Of a DNA stretch of 64,000 bases, positions 1 to 11,924 are shown one piece after another (within the stretch, counting starts at the first letter, position 1; every line of letters begins with the position of its first letter). Source of the DNA: Macrostomum lignano (lineage: Eukaryota). The notes beneath the pieces were generated by a model, which did no database searches, was not told where the DNA came from, and saw only the letters and a program-made list of their open reading frames with translations. The translations under genes were made by a program, and so were the position numbers. The stretch spans positions 1 to 64,000 of the forward strand of contig NIVC01001106.1 of NCBI GenBank assembly GCA_002269645.1. Reading direction: 5' to 3'.

Positions 1-134
1 AAATTACCCACTAATTCTCGTTGGCATTTGGCTAGTATTAAAAATGATGTGATTTAAAAATACCTGACTGCGCACAAATTTAAACTGAGTCAGCCAGAGC
101 GCGGCCTGAAATATGGAGGGTAGCGGTATTAGGA

Positions 135-1570
135 TCAGTGACGGATCTGGAAATGATGTGGGAGTTACGACGGATCTGGAAATGATGTGGGAGTCACTGA
201 CGGATCTGGAAATGATGTGGAGTCACTGACGGATCTGGAAATGATGTGGGAGTCACTGACGGATCTGGAAATGATGTGGCAGTCACTGACGGATCTGGAA
301 ATGATGTGGGAGTCACTGATGAATCTGGAAACAATGTGGGAGTCACTGACGGATCTGGAAATGATGTGGGAATCACTGATGGATCTGGAAATGATGTGGC
401 AGTCACTGACGGATCTGGAAACGATGTGGCAGTCACTGACGGATCTGGAAATGATGTGGAATCACTGATGGATCTGGAAATGATGTGGGAATCACTGATG
501 GATCTGGAAATGATGTGGAATCACTGATGGATCTGGAAATGATGTGGAATCACTGATGGATCTGGAAATGATGTGGGAGTCACTGACGGATCTGGAAATG
601 ATGTGGGAGTCACTGATGAATCTGGAAACAATGTGGGAGTCACTGACGGATCTGGAAATGATGTGGGAATCACTGATGGATCTGGAAATGATGTGGCAGT
701 CACTGACGGATCTGGAAACGATGTGGCAGTCACTGACGGATCTGGAAATGATGTGGAATCACTGATGGATCTGGAAATGATGTGGGAATCACTGATGGAT
801 CTGGAAATGATGTGGAATCACTGATGGATCTGGAAATGATGTGGAATCACTGATGGATCTGGAAATGATGTGGGAGTCACTGACGGATCTGGAAATGATG
901 TGGGAGTCACTGATGAATCTGGAAACAATGTGGGAGTCACTGACGGATCTGGAAATGATGTGGGAATCACTGATGGATCTGGAAATGATGTGGCAGTCAC
1001 TGACGGATCTGGAAACGATGTGGCAGTCACTGACGGATCTGGAAATGATGTGGAATCACTGATGGATCTGGAAATGATGTGGGAATCACTGATGGATCTG
1101 GAAATGATGTGGAATCACTGATGGATCTGGAAATGATGTGGAATCACTGATGGATCTGGAAATGATGTGGGAGTCACTGATGGATCTGGAAATGATGTGG
1201 GAATCACTGATGGATCTGGAAATGATGTGGGAGTTACTGACGGATCTGGAAATGATGTGGGAGTCACTGACGGATCTGGAAATGATGTGGGAGTCACTGA
1301 TGAATCTGGAAACAATGTGGGAGTCACTGACGGATCTGGAAATGATGTGGGAATCACTGATGGATCTGGAAATGATGTGGCAGTCACTGACGGATCTGGA
1401 AACGATGTGGCAGTCACTGACGGATCTGGAAATGATGTGGGAGTTACTGACGGATCTGAAATGATGTGGGAGTCACTGAGGGATCTGGAAATGATGTAGG
1501 AGTCACTGATGGATCTGGAAATGATGTGGGAGTCACTGAGGGATCTGGAAATGATGTGGGAGTCACTGAG
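135..1570. repeat. 30-bp minisatellite (GGAGTCACTGACGGATCTGGAAATGATGTG, with 29-bp variants) carrying a 297-bp higher-order repeat
   Basis: Units read directly; identical ORF translations recur at 521/818/1115, 544/841/1138 and 573/870/1167, a spacing of exactly 297 bp. Confidence 0.95.
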
Positions 1571-2646
1571 GGACAGCCGATCCTGCAACAGCTCGAGTCC
1601 AACAATGCGCAGAGAGTTCGGCACCCCAATCCAAGGTGTACAGGATTTCAGCAAGGCAAGATGCATACAAGATCATGCTGTGTAAAGACAAGACCCCATG
1701 CAGTTCTCTGGCCTGCTCTTCTAAAAGATGCATTATCTGCTTTGCTATACGTCGTATACTGTATACAGTGTATATCATTGTGTCTCGGCCCGACAGCTAG
1801 CACCCCCCTTGCAGCCCATCTGCCGTCTCACTTGCTGCTCAAGTGTGTTTTGACTTCGCTTCTCAAGCGGTTGAGAGCGAGTTTTAGCGCGCAGCGTATT
1901 ATACTGCTCGCGCACAGAAATGATTAAGATTTCGGGTTTCATATATATACAATATTATGGTTCGCACAATACAATCGTTTATACTGTAATTGTCTGCGTT
2001 CGCATTTAGAGCAAAAATTTTTCGAGTATTATTATAATATATCATTGCGAATTCCTTTATATTAACGTATACCTGCAGAATATAAGAATAGTAATTAACT
2101 TGCCCCGGCCACTTAGCAGTCAGAACTGCTCACTGCACACGCTCCCCAGATGCGTGGGGCATAAAATTCAATTCAAGCCATTTTCCTGAGCCACTCGCTA
2201 TGTCTACATTGGATCCACTTGACCACAAGGGGGTGGGGCTGCCGCAGCACGGCTCCAGAGGCGGCCACAAACACACGGTTTTGGATTTTGAATATAAAGA
2301 AGTCAAAGCCAATTGGACGCGGGCATTTGCTGGATGGTAGGTGTGAATATTAGGCTTTGGCATGCGTGCAATTAGCAACACACAGCCTCTCCTGCTGGGC
2401 GCGACAATGTAAGCACTCATTTAATGCCGAGCAGATGAAGGGGGGAGAGTTAAGAGGGAGCCACAGCAACTCAAGTGGCTGAAGAAATGACTGGCGTTCC
2501 TGGTGACGCGCAGCAGAGGAGGGGGGCACGCGCCTTCTGTTCGAGACCCACCAATTAAATAGGAAAAACACTTGACTGCCGGGCAGCAGACTGGTGCAGT
2601 ATGATGGGATGCAAGGAGGTGGACGCCAGGTCGGAGATTCGTTGCG

Positions 2647-3282
2647 GAGAGTTTGGAATCTCACCTGAGAGTTTGGAATCTCACCTGAGAGTTTGGAATC
2701 TCACCTGAGAGTTTGGAATCTCACCTGAGAGTTTGGAATCTCACCTGAGAGTTTGGAATCTCACCTGAGAGTTTGGAATCTCACCTGAGAGTTTGGAATC
2801 TCACCTGAGAGTTTGGAATCTCACCTGAGAGTTTGGAATCTCACCTGAGAGTTTGGAATCTCACCTGAGAGTTTGGAATCTCACCTCAGAGTTTGGAATC
2901 TCACCTGAGAGTTTGGAATCTCACCTGAGAGTTTGGAATCTCACCTCAGAGTTTGGAATCTCACCTGAGAGTTTGGAATCTCACCTGAGAGTTTGGAATC
3001 TCACCTGAGAGTTTGGAATCTCACCTGAGAGTTTGGAATCTCACCTGAGAGTTTGGAATCTCACCTGAGAGTTTGGAATCTCACCTGAGAGTTTGGAATC
3101 TCACCTGAGAGTTTGGAATCTCACCTGAGAGTTTGGAATCTCACCTGAGAGTTTGGAATCTCACCTGAGAGTTTGGAATCTCACCTGAGAGTTTGGAATC
3201 TCACCTGAGAGTTTGGAATCTCACCTCAGAGTTTGGAATCTCACCTCAGAGTTTTGGAGGAACTGAGAGTTTGGAATCTCAC
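2647..3282. repeat. 20-bp minisatellite GAGAGTTTGGAATCTCACCT (~30 copies), in the intron downstream of Six3/6 exon 1
   Basis: Near-perfect 20-bp periodicity in the sequence. Confidence 0.95.
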
Positions 3283-3352
3283 GGGGCATTTAAAATATTT
3301 ACTTCAAACGTTGAGGAAAAAAGAGCCTTATAAAATGGTTGAGTTGACTCAC

Positions 3353-4092
3353 CTGCTCTTGGCAGCAGCGGCTCGGTCTCGCTGCCGCCGGTTCTTGAAC
3401 CAGTTCCCCACCTGTGTGGGAGTCAGCCCAGTTGCCATGGCCAGCTCCCGCTTCTTGGCCGGGTTGGGGTACGGGTCCTGCAGGTACCACTCCCGTAGCA
3501 AGCCCCTGGTTCGCTCCTTGAAGCAGTGCGTCTTCTGCTCACCGTCCCAGATGGTCCGGGGCATCGGGTACTTCTTGCGCACCCGGTACTTGTCCACCGG
3601 CCCGAGCGGGCGGCCCCGGAGCTTCTCGGCCTCCAGGTAGTGCGCCTCCAGCCACATAGTCTGCAGCTTGGCGTGCGACGTCTTGCTGAACTGGTGCATC
3701 TCCATCAGCTGGTACATCTCCCGGTAGTTGCCGGCGTGGAAGGCCACCACGGCGCGGGCCCGGATGACCGCCTCCTGCTGGCTGAGGGCCTCCCACAGGG
3801 CCGGGCTGGTCGGCAGGGACCAGAGAAACCTGGCCAGCCGCTCCACATCTCCGGACTCTTCCAGGGTCTGGCAGACCCGGCCAACCTGTTCAGCGCCGAA
3901 GAATTGAAAGGCCGGCAGAGGCGGCGGCGGTGGCAGGAGGTGAGGCGTCGGGAACAGCGGCGGAGAGGTCGGAGTCTGCTGGAGCTCCTGGTCCCCCTGC
4001 TGCTGTTGCTGGTGTCGGTGCAGAGGCAGCGGCAGGGGTGGCGGAGGCGGCGGGAAAGCCGCAAAGGCGGAGAGGCCCAGATTGAGGGCCAT
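3353..4092 (-). CDS. six3/6: SIX3/6 (optix) class homeobox transcription factor, coding exon 1 (SIX domain plus homeodomain)
   Basis: SIX domain ([26 protein letters not shown]...[19 protein letters not shown]); Six3/6-type homeodomain start [15 protein letters not shown]; end [17 protein letters not shown], followed by donor AG|GTGAGT at 3353/3352. Exon 2 not located. Confidence 0.95.
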
Positions 4093-4519
4093 TTCTGCAA
4101 TTTATGACTTGAACTCCAGTTCTGTCTGAACGAGTTTGCCTGCTAGGCGTCAATTTGGAATTCGTTGGTATATTAAAGTAACTTTTATTATTTAACTGTT
4201 GGGGAGTGGGCGGCTGAGGCGGGTGGCGGGCCAGCAGTCCTATGGCAGGCAGTCCTGCCGAGCCATTGGCTGTGGCCTAAGGGGGGGGGAGTGGCGGGGA
4301 CTGTCTGCAACACGGACCCCTCCTCCAACCCCAGTCCCAGTCTTGGCAGGCACTTCATCAACGCTACACGAGTCTCTTAACAGGTAAAATGGCAACCTGC
4401 TTGTCGTTCAAGAATCAGTAGCCTGGAAGAACCCCTCTTCACAAAAAATCTTTTAGATAACTGTCACCATCTATTGATTTATGACTCAATTTTTCACTTT
4501 AAGTTCATTTTTGACTGCT

Positions 4520-6028
4520 AAAGCACTGATTTTGGCGCCCAAGCACTGATTTTAGCGCCCAAGCACTGACTTTGGCGCCCAAGCACTGACTTTGGCGCCC
4601 AAGCACTGACTTTGGCGCCCAAGCACTGACTTTGGCGCCCAAGCACTGACTTTGGCGCCCAAGCACTGATTTTAGCTCAAAAGCACTGATTTTAGAGCCC
4701 AAGCACTGATTTTAGAGCCCAAGCACTGATTTTAGCGCCCCAGCACTGATTTTGGCGCCCAAGCACTGATTTTAGCGCCCAAGCACTGATTTTGGCGCCC
4801 AAGCACTGATTTTGGCGCCCAAGCACTGATTTTAGCGCCCAAGCACTGATTTTAGCGCCCAAGCACTGATTTTAGCGCCCAAGCACTGATTTTAGCGCCC
4901 AAGCACTGATTTTAGAGCCCAAGCACTGATTTTAGCGCCCAAGCACTGATTTTGGCGCCCAAGCACTGATTTTGGCGCCCAAGCACTGATTTTAGCGCCC
5001 AAGCACTGATTTTAGCGCCCAAGCACTGATTTTAGCGCCCAAGCACTGATTTTAGCGCCCAAGCACTGATTTTAGAGCCCAAGCACTGATTTTAGCGCCC
5101 AAGCACTGATTTTGGCGCCCAAGCACTGATTTTAGCGCCCAAGCACTGATTTTGGCGCCCAAGCACTGATTTTAGCGCCCAAGCACTGATTTTAGCGCCC
5201 AAGCACTGATTTTAGCGCCCAAGCACTGATTTTGGCGCCCAAGCACTGATTTTAGCGCCCAAGCACTGATTTTGGCGCCCAAGCACTGATTTTAGCGCCC
5301 AAGCATCTGATTTTAGCGCCCAAGCACTGATTTTAGCGCCCAAGCACTGATTCTGGCGCCCAAGCACTGATTTTAGCGCCCAAGCACTGATTTTAGCGCA
5401 GAAGCACTGATTTTAGCGCAGAAGCACTGATTTTAGCGCCCAAGCACTGATTTTAGCGCCGAAGCACTGATTTTAGCGCCCAAGCACTGATTTTAGCGCC
5501 CAAGCACTGATTTTAGCGCCCAAGCACTGATTTTAGCGCCCAAGCACTGATTTTGGCGCCCAAGCACTGATTTTGGCGCCCAAGCACTGATTTTAGCGCC
5601 CAAGCACTGATTTTGGCGCCCAAGCACTTAATTTAGCGCCCAAGCACTGATTTTGGCGCCCAAGCACTTAATTTAGCGCCCAAGCACTGATTTTGGCGCC
5701 CAAGCACTTAATTTAGCGCCCAAGCACTGATTTTGGCGCCCAAGCACTGATTTTGGCGCCCAAGCACTTAATTTAGCGCCCAAGCACTGATTTTGGCGCC
5801 CAAGCACTTAATTTAGCGCCCAAGCACTGATTTTGGCGCCCAAGCACTTAATTTAGCGCCCAAGCACTGATTTTGGCGCCCAAGCACTGATTTTGGCGCC
5901 CAAGCACTTAATTTAGCGTCCAAGCACTTAATTTAGCGCCCAAGCACTGATTTTGGCGCCCAAGCACTGATTTTGGCGCCCAAGCACTTAATTTAGCGCC
6001 CAAGCACTGATTTTGGCGCCCAAGCACT
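4520..6028. repeat. 20-bp minisatellite AAGCACTGATTTT(A/G)GCGCCC
   Basis: Units read directly, ~75 copies. Confidence 0.95.
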
Positions 6029-6701
6029 GTGAGCCTTTGCAGCTCATTTTGGGATCCTAACACCTGGGCGCTCGGGTCAAAGTTGATGCGGGATTAGCCC
6101 CGCAGAAAGCAGAAAGCCTTAATCCGTAGTCAAATAAATATTCCAAATTAAATGAGCATTTTATACAATGCAATTATTTTCCCCAATGCAGTGGATTAAT
6201 AGCGAGTGAATTAGGGCCATCTCTCCCGCCCATAGCAACTCAACTCAGCTCAAGCAGCAGTTTAATAGAGTGATGCTGATGACGCGCTCAGGAAACAGGA
6301 AGTGCTGGAAGCTGGTAATGGGAAGCGGCAGAAATGGCATAAACCATGCATCGCGGATGCAGGCAGCAGTCACTATATAGATTACGAAGGCCCCTCAAAG
6401 GCGCCGGTATGTCGATTGAGTCTCACACCCTCACGGACGGACAATGAGAGACTGCATCATGCATGTCAAGTGCTCGGCCTCAGCCGTAGCTAAGTGAGTA
6501 GCGTGAGCATGAGGGTTGAGGCTTGCTGAAGTCAGAAGGCACAAGAAGGCCTGGAACCAGAATTTGGAGTCAGTCAGAGAATCAGCTTGTACCTTTTGGT
6601 TACTTCTCCAAAGATGCATAACCGCAATGGCGGATCCGTCTAGGGGAGGTCAAGGTGGTCAAAGACCCCCAGATCCAAAAAAAATTTCTATTGCGCACGA
6701 A

Positions 6702-7612
6702 ATCTAGACTGTGGTGCTAAAATCTAGACTGTGGCGCTAAAATCTAGACTGTGGCGCTAAAATCTAGACTTTGGCGCTTAAATCTAGACTGTGGCGCTAA
6801 AATCTAGACTGTGGCGCTAAAATCTAGACTGTGGCGCTAAAATCTTGACCGTGGCGCTAAAATCTAGACTGTGGCGCTAAAATCCAGACTGTGGCGCTAA
6901 AATCTAGACTGTGGCGCTAAAATCTAGACTGTGGCGCTAAAATCTAGACTGTGGCGCTAAAATCTAGACTGTGGCGCTAAAATCTAGACCGTGGCGCTAA
7001 AATCTAGACTGTGACGCTAAAATCTAGACTGTGACGCTAAAATCTAGACTGTGGCGCTAAAATCTAGACTGTGGCGCTAAAATCTAGACCGTGGCGCTAA
7101 AATCCAGACTGTGGTGCTAAAATCCAGACTGTGGCGCTAAAATCTAGACTGTGGCGCTAAAATCTAGACTTTGGCGCTAAAATCTAGACTGTGGCGCTAA
7201 AATCTAGACTGTGGCGCCAAAATCTAGACTGTGGCGCTAAAATCTAGACTTTGGCGCTAAAATCTAGACTTTGTCGCTAAAATCTAGACTGTGGCGCTAA
7301 AATCTAGACTGTGGCGCTAAAATCTAGACTTTGGCGCTAAAATCTAGACTGTGGCGCTAAAATCTAGACTGTGGCGCTAAAATCTAGACTGTGGCGCTAA
7401 AATCTAGACTGTGGCGCTAAAATCTAGACTTTGGCGCTAAAATCTAGACTTTGTCGCTAAAATCTAGACTGTGGCGCTAAAATCTAGACTTTGGCGCTAA
7501 AATCTAGACTGTGGCGCTAAAATCTAGACCGTGTCGCTAAAATCTAGACTGTGTCGCTAAAATCTAGACTGTGGCGCTAAAATCTAGACTGCGGCGCTAA
7601 ACTGGCGCTAGA
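6702..7612. repeat. 20-bp minisatellite AATCTAGACTGTGGCGCTAA
   Basis: Units read directly, ~45 copies. Confidence 0.95.
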
Positions 7613-8149
7613 ATCTTGCGTTCTTGCGTCCTCATTCTCCCCAACACACTGGGAAAAAATTATTAACGAATATATTCAGCATAATCAGGCTCAGGGACAC
7701 CTGCTACAGTATAAGTGGCCTTGTTGTTTCTGAAGATTTATAAAAAAATTGGCAATCCAGATTTTTCGTTGACGGCCACCTTGGCAGGCTGGCAGAGTTC
7801 AGGGTGGGTGGAGTTTTCTGACACATGCACTGCATAGGTAAAAAATGAGGTTGTCATTGTCGACCGCTTGCTTGTACGCTATGAAATTAATGCTTTGCCC
7901 GCCCAGCCAGCAGTTGCAGTCAGTTAAATGCTGACTCCACGCCACGCATCCGGTACTTAGCTATGTAAAGCCAGCTTAATCCCTTCTGTTAATAAAGCGA
8001 ACAAAAAACACGGGATTTTGGTGATGCAGCTCTGTGCGTTTTGTCTCTGGATTCTGGAAGGAAGGCTTTCTTTAGTTTCTAACACTGCTGGATTTCAGTT
8101 TCTCAGTGTTTTTGAATTAGTTTTCTTTAATTTTATCTCTTAATTCCTA

Positions 8150-8430
8150 GCTCATCTCATTTCTTAGATCAGTTCTCACTTTTCTGGAGTCATATCATCT
8201 TATCCCATCTTATCTATAGTCTTATCTGTCATCTAATCTCTTATCTTATCTGTTAAATCATCTAATCTCACCTGTCATCTCATCGCATCTGTCATCTCGT
8301 CTCATCTGTCATCTCGTCTCATCTTTTAACTAATCTCACCTATCGTCCCATCTCATCGTCTCATCTAATTTCACCTATCATCTCATCTCATCTCATTACA
8401 TCTCATCTGATCTTGTTTATCCAATCTGTC
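8150..8430. repeat. Degenerate (TCATC/TCATCT)n low-complexity tract
   Basis: Recurring TCATCTC and CTGTCATC words. Confidence 0.6.
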
Positions 8431-9384
8431 TCAAATCATTAGTCATCCCCACCCAAAATCTTCTCTCTTCAGTCTATTTCAAAAGCAAGATCACATTGAG
8501 AGCAAGCGGCATTGGTGGAGGGAAAAAGAAAGGAATGATTGCAAATCATACTTAAGCCGTAGTTCCACCATCGCTTCACCGCCCAGGCCCATTGTGATGA
8601 ACAGTTGCCGACAAAAAACTGTGTTGTTGAAACCCCTCTAAAATGTATAAATCCCCCCTTATTGTTCCGAAACGGTTAATTTAATTGAAGTGATTGCTCG
8701 GGATGTGGTGAGGATTTTGGATAAGCCACAGCTCTGTGCCCCGCCTTCTAAATATACTCACAGCTATCATAGCGAGGCGGGCCTAACAGAGGCCAAAGCC
8801 CCCTCTGCAATTAGAAAATTGGCAATGAAAATTTGCGCACAAAATCGCCGAACAGCATGCAGCTAGCGGCATTCAAGCATCCGTCAGCCCCCCGCCCCCC
8901 AGATGCAGACAGGTTTTTTTCAAGCAAAACAAAATGAATGATCAATTCTGAAATTGCTCCAAAACCACTTGTCAAATTGGAGCACTTGTTTGAGTCTCGA
9001 TTTTTTAATTGGATTTTCGGAAACGATTGAAATTTTATCCCAGAACCATGACAGGGATTAAAGGAGCCTGCAAATCCGGATGATGAGCTCTCATTTTTAT
9101 AATTCGCATGCAGTTTAACTGCAAAATCGGCAAATTTTAATTTAAACAATGACGTGAGTAAGCGATTAAAGGAAATGAGAATTTTATAAATTTCTCTTCA
9201 TTGTTTTTTAAATTATCAAACATCCAAAAACGGCACTCGGGACTCAAAACACAAAATGGTGCTTCAACTTTGAAACCGGCACTTAACTAATATCCGAAAA
9301 GAACACAAAAATACGAAAAAGGCATTTTGACTCCCAGAATCTCTGATCATTACTCAAATTAATAAAATAAATAGCCTTTAAATA

Positions 9385-9700
9385 AACAAAATGAAACTAA
9401 AGAGCAAATGGCAATTAAATAAACAAAATAAAACTAAGAAACAAATGGCAATTAAAAAAACAAAATAAAACTAAATAAAAAAATGGCAATTAAATAAACA
9501 AAATGAAACTAAGAAGCAAACGCCAGTTAAATCACTAAAATGACACTATACAAAACAGACGGCAATTAAATAAACGAAATGACTCTATACAAAACAAATG
9601 GCACATGCACTTGACAGAATGACACAAAAATGGCGCATAAATAAATAAATGACACAGGAAAAAAACAAACGGCACTTGAATAGCCAAAATAAAATCAGAA
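9385..9700. repeat. Degenerate AT-rich tandem repeat (~37 bp; AAATGGCAATTAAATAAACAAAATGAAACTAA-like)
   Basis: Several diverged copies of GGCAATTAAATAAACAAAAT. Confidence 0.65.
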
Positions 9701-10627
9701 AAAAAGAAACTACATTTGAATTAACAACACGCTAAAAATAGATTTACAAAAATATGTTAGAAAGTGAAGATTTTTATTATTTAAATACTGATTTTCCTGG
9801 AAAAGAAAAACAAATTAATTTAGAAGCCTTCATTCCCTGGCACAGAGATAAAGGAAGCAGGTCAGTTGAATGGAGAAGGATCAGTTGCCAGCTTGATGAA
9901 AGTATGAAATTGGCAAGAAAGAGATAGCCAGTGTGAAAAGAATTGTTATTGCAGGCAGAAGAACCCTTCAAGGTGTATATAATGCATGCCAGGTGCCAGA
10001 CCTTTGGCTTCTTGTCTGAGGCCTAATCAGACAGATCGCATATACGAAATCTGACTGCGCAGGAGAAGTTGGGACGGGCCTGCAACAGCTGATCAAGCTA
10101 TCTTGATCAACCAAAATGGGAAGTTAATCCCACCTTTCTCCAGCCTCGTCTTCGCAACAACCTCCCCCTCCCTACTTCCCCCCAAAAAACTGAAAAAAAG
10201 GCAATTCTTTCAAGCCTATATCGGCTGTGGTTACTCTTTTATCTGACCCGTCCATCAGCCACACTCCGAAGTTTCGCTTGCTGGCAGGCCAAGGTAGCTG
10301 GCATTAGACCGAATTGGATATCGTAGCGCGCATAGCATCCTATACGAGCTCCAACTAATAAAAAGTAGGTTCCCTTTTTAACAGACGCTCCTATTAGGCA
10401 GTCACGCAGTGTCAGGTGACAGTGGCTGACGGAACGCACAGGCGGGGGGCCTGGCCCTGAACTATGGGGGGCTTCCTCCTGGAACTCAGCGTGACAGGGT
10501 TGACTTCCCCCCCTCACCTGCCCACCTCAACAGGACTGCGAGGGTTTGCGGTTTTTCCTTTGTTTCTGGAGTTGAATACAAAGTTGCATCAATTTTCATG
10601 GGTATCTTTGGGCAAGAAGTATCCCTC

Positions 10628-11228
10628 ATCCCTCTATGCGCCCTCTCCCGGCCTCTATCCACCCTCTCCCTCTATGCGCCCTCTCCCGGCCTCTATCCAC
10701 CCTCTCCCTCTATCCGCCCTCTCCCTCTATCCGCCCTCTCCCTCTATCCGCCCTCTCCCTCTATCCGCCCTCTCCCTCTATCCGCCCTCTCCCTCTATCC
10801 GCCCCTCCCTCTATCCGCCCCTCCCTCTATCCGCCCTCTCCCTCTATCCGCCCTCTCCCTCTATCCGCCCTCTCCCTCTATCCGCCCTCTCCCTCTATCC
10901 GCCCTCTCCCTCTATCCGCCCTCTCCCTCTATCCGCCCTCTCCCTCTATCCGCCCTCTCCCTCTATCCGCCCTCTCCCTCTATCCGCCCTCTCCCTCTAT
11001 CCGCCCTCTCCCTCTATCCGCCCTCTCCCTCTATCCGCCCTCTCCCTCTATCCGCCCTCTCCCTCTATCCGCCCTCTCCCTCTATCCGCCCTCTCCCTCT
11101 ATCCACCCTCTCCCTCTATCCGCCCTCTCCCTCTATCCGCCCTCTCCTTCTATCCGCCCTCTCCCTCTATCCGCCCTCTCCCTCTATCCGCCCTCTCCCT
11201 CTATCCGCCCTCTCCCTCTATCCGCCTC
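10628..11228. repeat. 17-bp pyrimidine-rich minisatellite CTATCCGCCCTCTCCCT
   Basis: Units read directly; explains the SIRPLPLSAL ORFs. Confidence 0.92.
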
Positions 11229-11924
11229 TCCTTGTACGAGCTATATTCACTATCTGCATCCATCCAACCTAATCCAATGGATCATTACTTCGCTTGTTCT
11301 AAACGCTTTTGCAAGTCAAAGAAGATTCATTTGCTAAGCCTAGAAAAAACAATTCCACAGAAAAGCTTCGCATGGGAGAATATTTCGCATTTTCGCTGAT
11401 AAAGTCTGGGTGATGTGCCCAACCCCCCCCCCCCAGAGCTCTGAACAATCGACACCTGATAAGGTGACTTCTCGATTAATAATGATAACAATGACCGAAC
11501 TGTGTTTACTACCAACTGGACCGAACTCGTGGAAGTTCGAGCCGGCAAAAGCAAAACAATTAATTCATGGTATATTACCGAACCGGAGGCACTCAAATTT
11601 CAAAGCTGATATGTTATCTGACTTGCTCTTGGCCTCTGTATATTGGTCTTCATCTGCTCTGCAGAATCTGCAATGAAAAATATACTAAAGCAAAGGAGAT
11701 AAAGACACTACTGTAGGAGGGACGGCTTTGGAAAATAATAATAGTTTTCTTAACACTTTAGATATCGATAAGGTGATGCAACACTCGAACCACCCCCCAT
11801 GGTGGCTTATCAGGGCTTTCAGGCTTCATATTTCATATACGACGAATTATTATGATTATTAATAAATCGATTTGCTGCCCACAGACACGTGTGGAACTGC
11901 GAATGATGAACCTGTGAATCTCGC

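Noticed and set aside
187-1666. Repetitive ORFs (VTDGSGND, ESLTDLEMMW)
   Set aside because: Products of the 30-bp minisatellite, with frame jumps at 29-bp units; no evidence of a real repeat protein.
2350-2664. 104-aa minus-strand ORF as Six3/6 exon 2
   Set aside because: No recognisable similarity; only phase compatibility of one internal AG, which is insufficient to call.
3526-4153. Overlapping alternative-frame ORFs over Six3/6 (likewise over HS3ST, ING and pol)
   Set aside because: Shadow ORFs caused by high-GC coding sequence.
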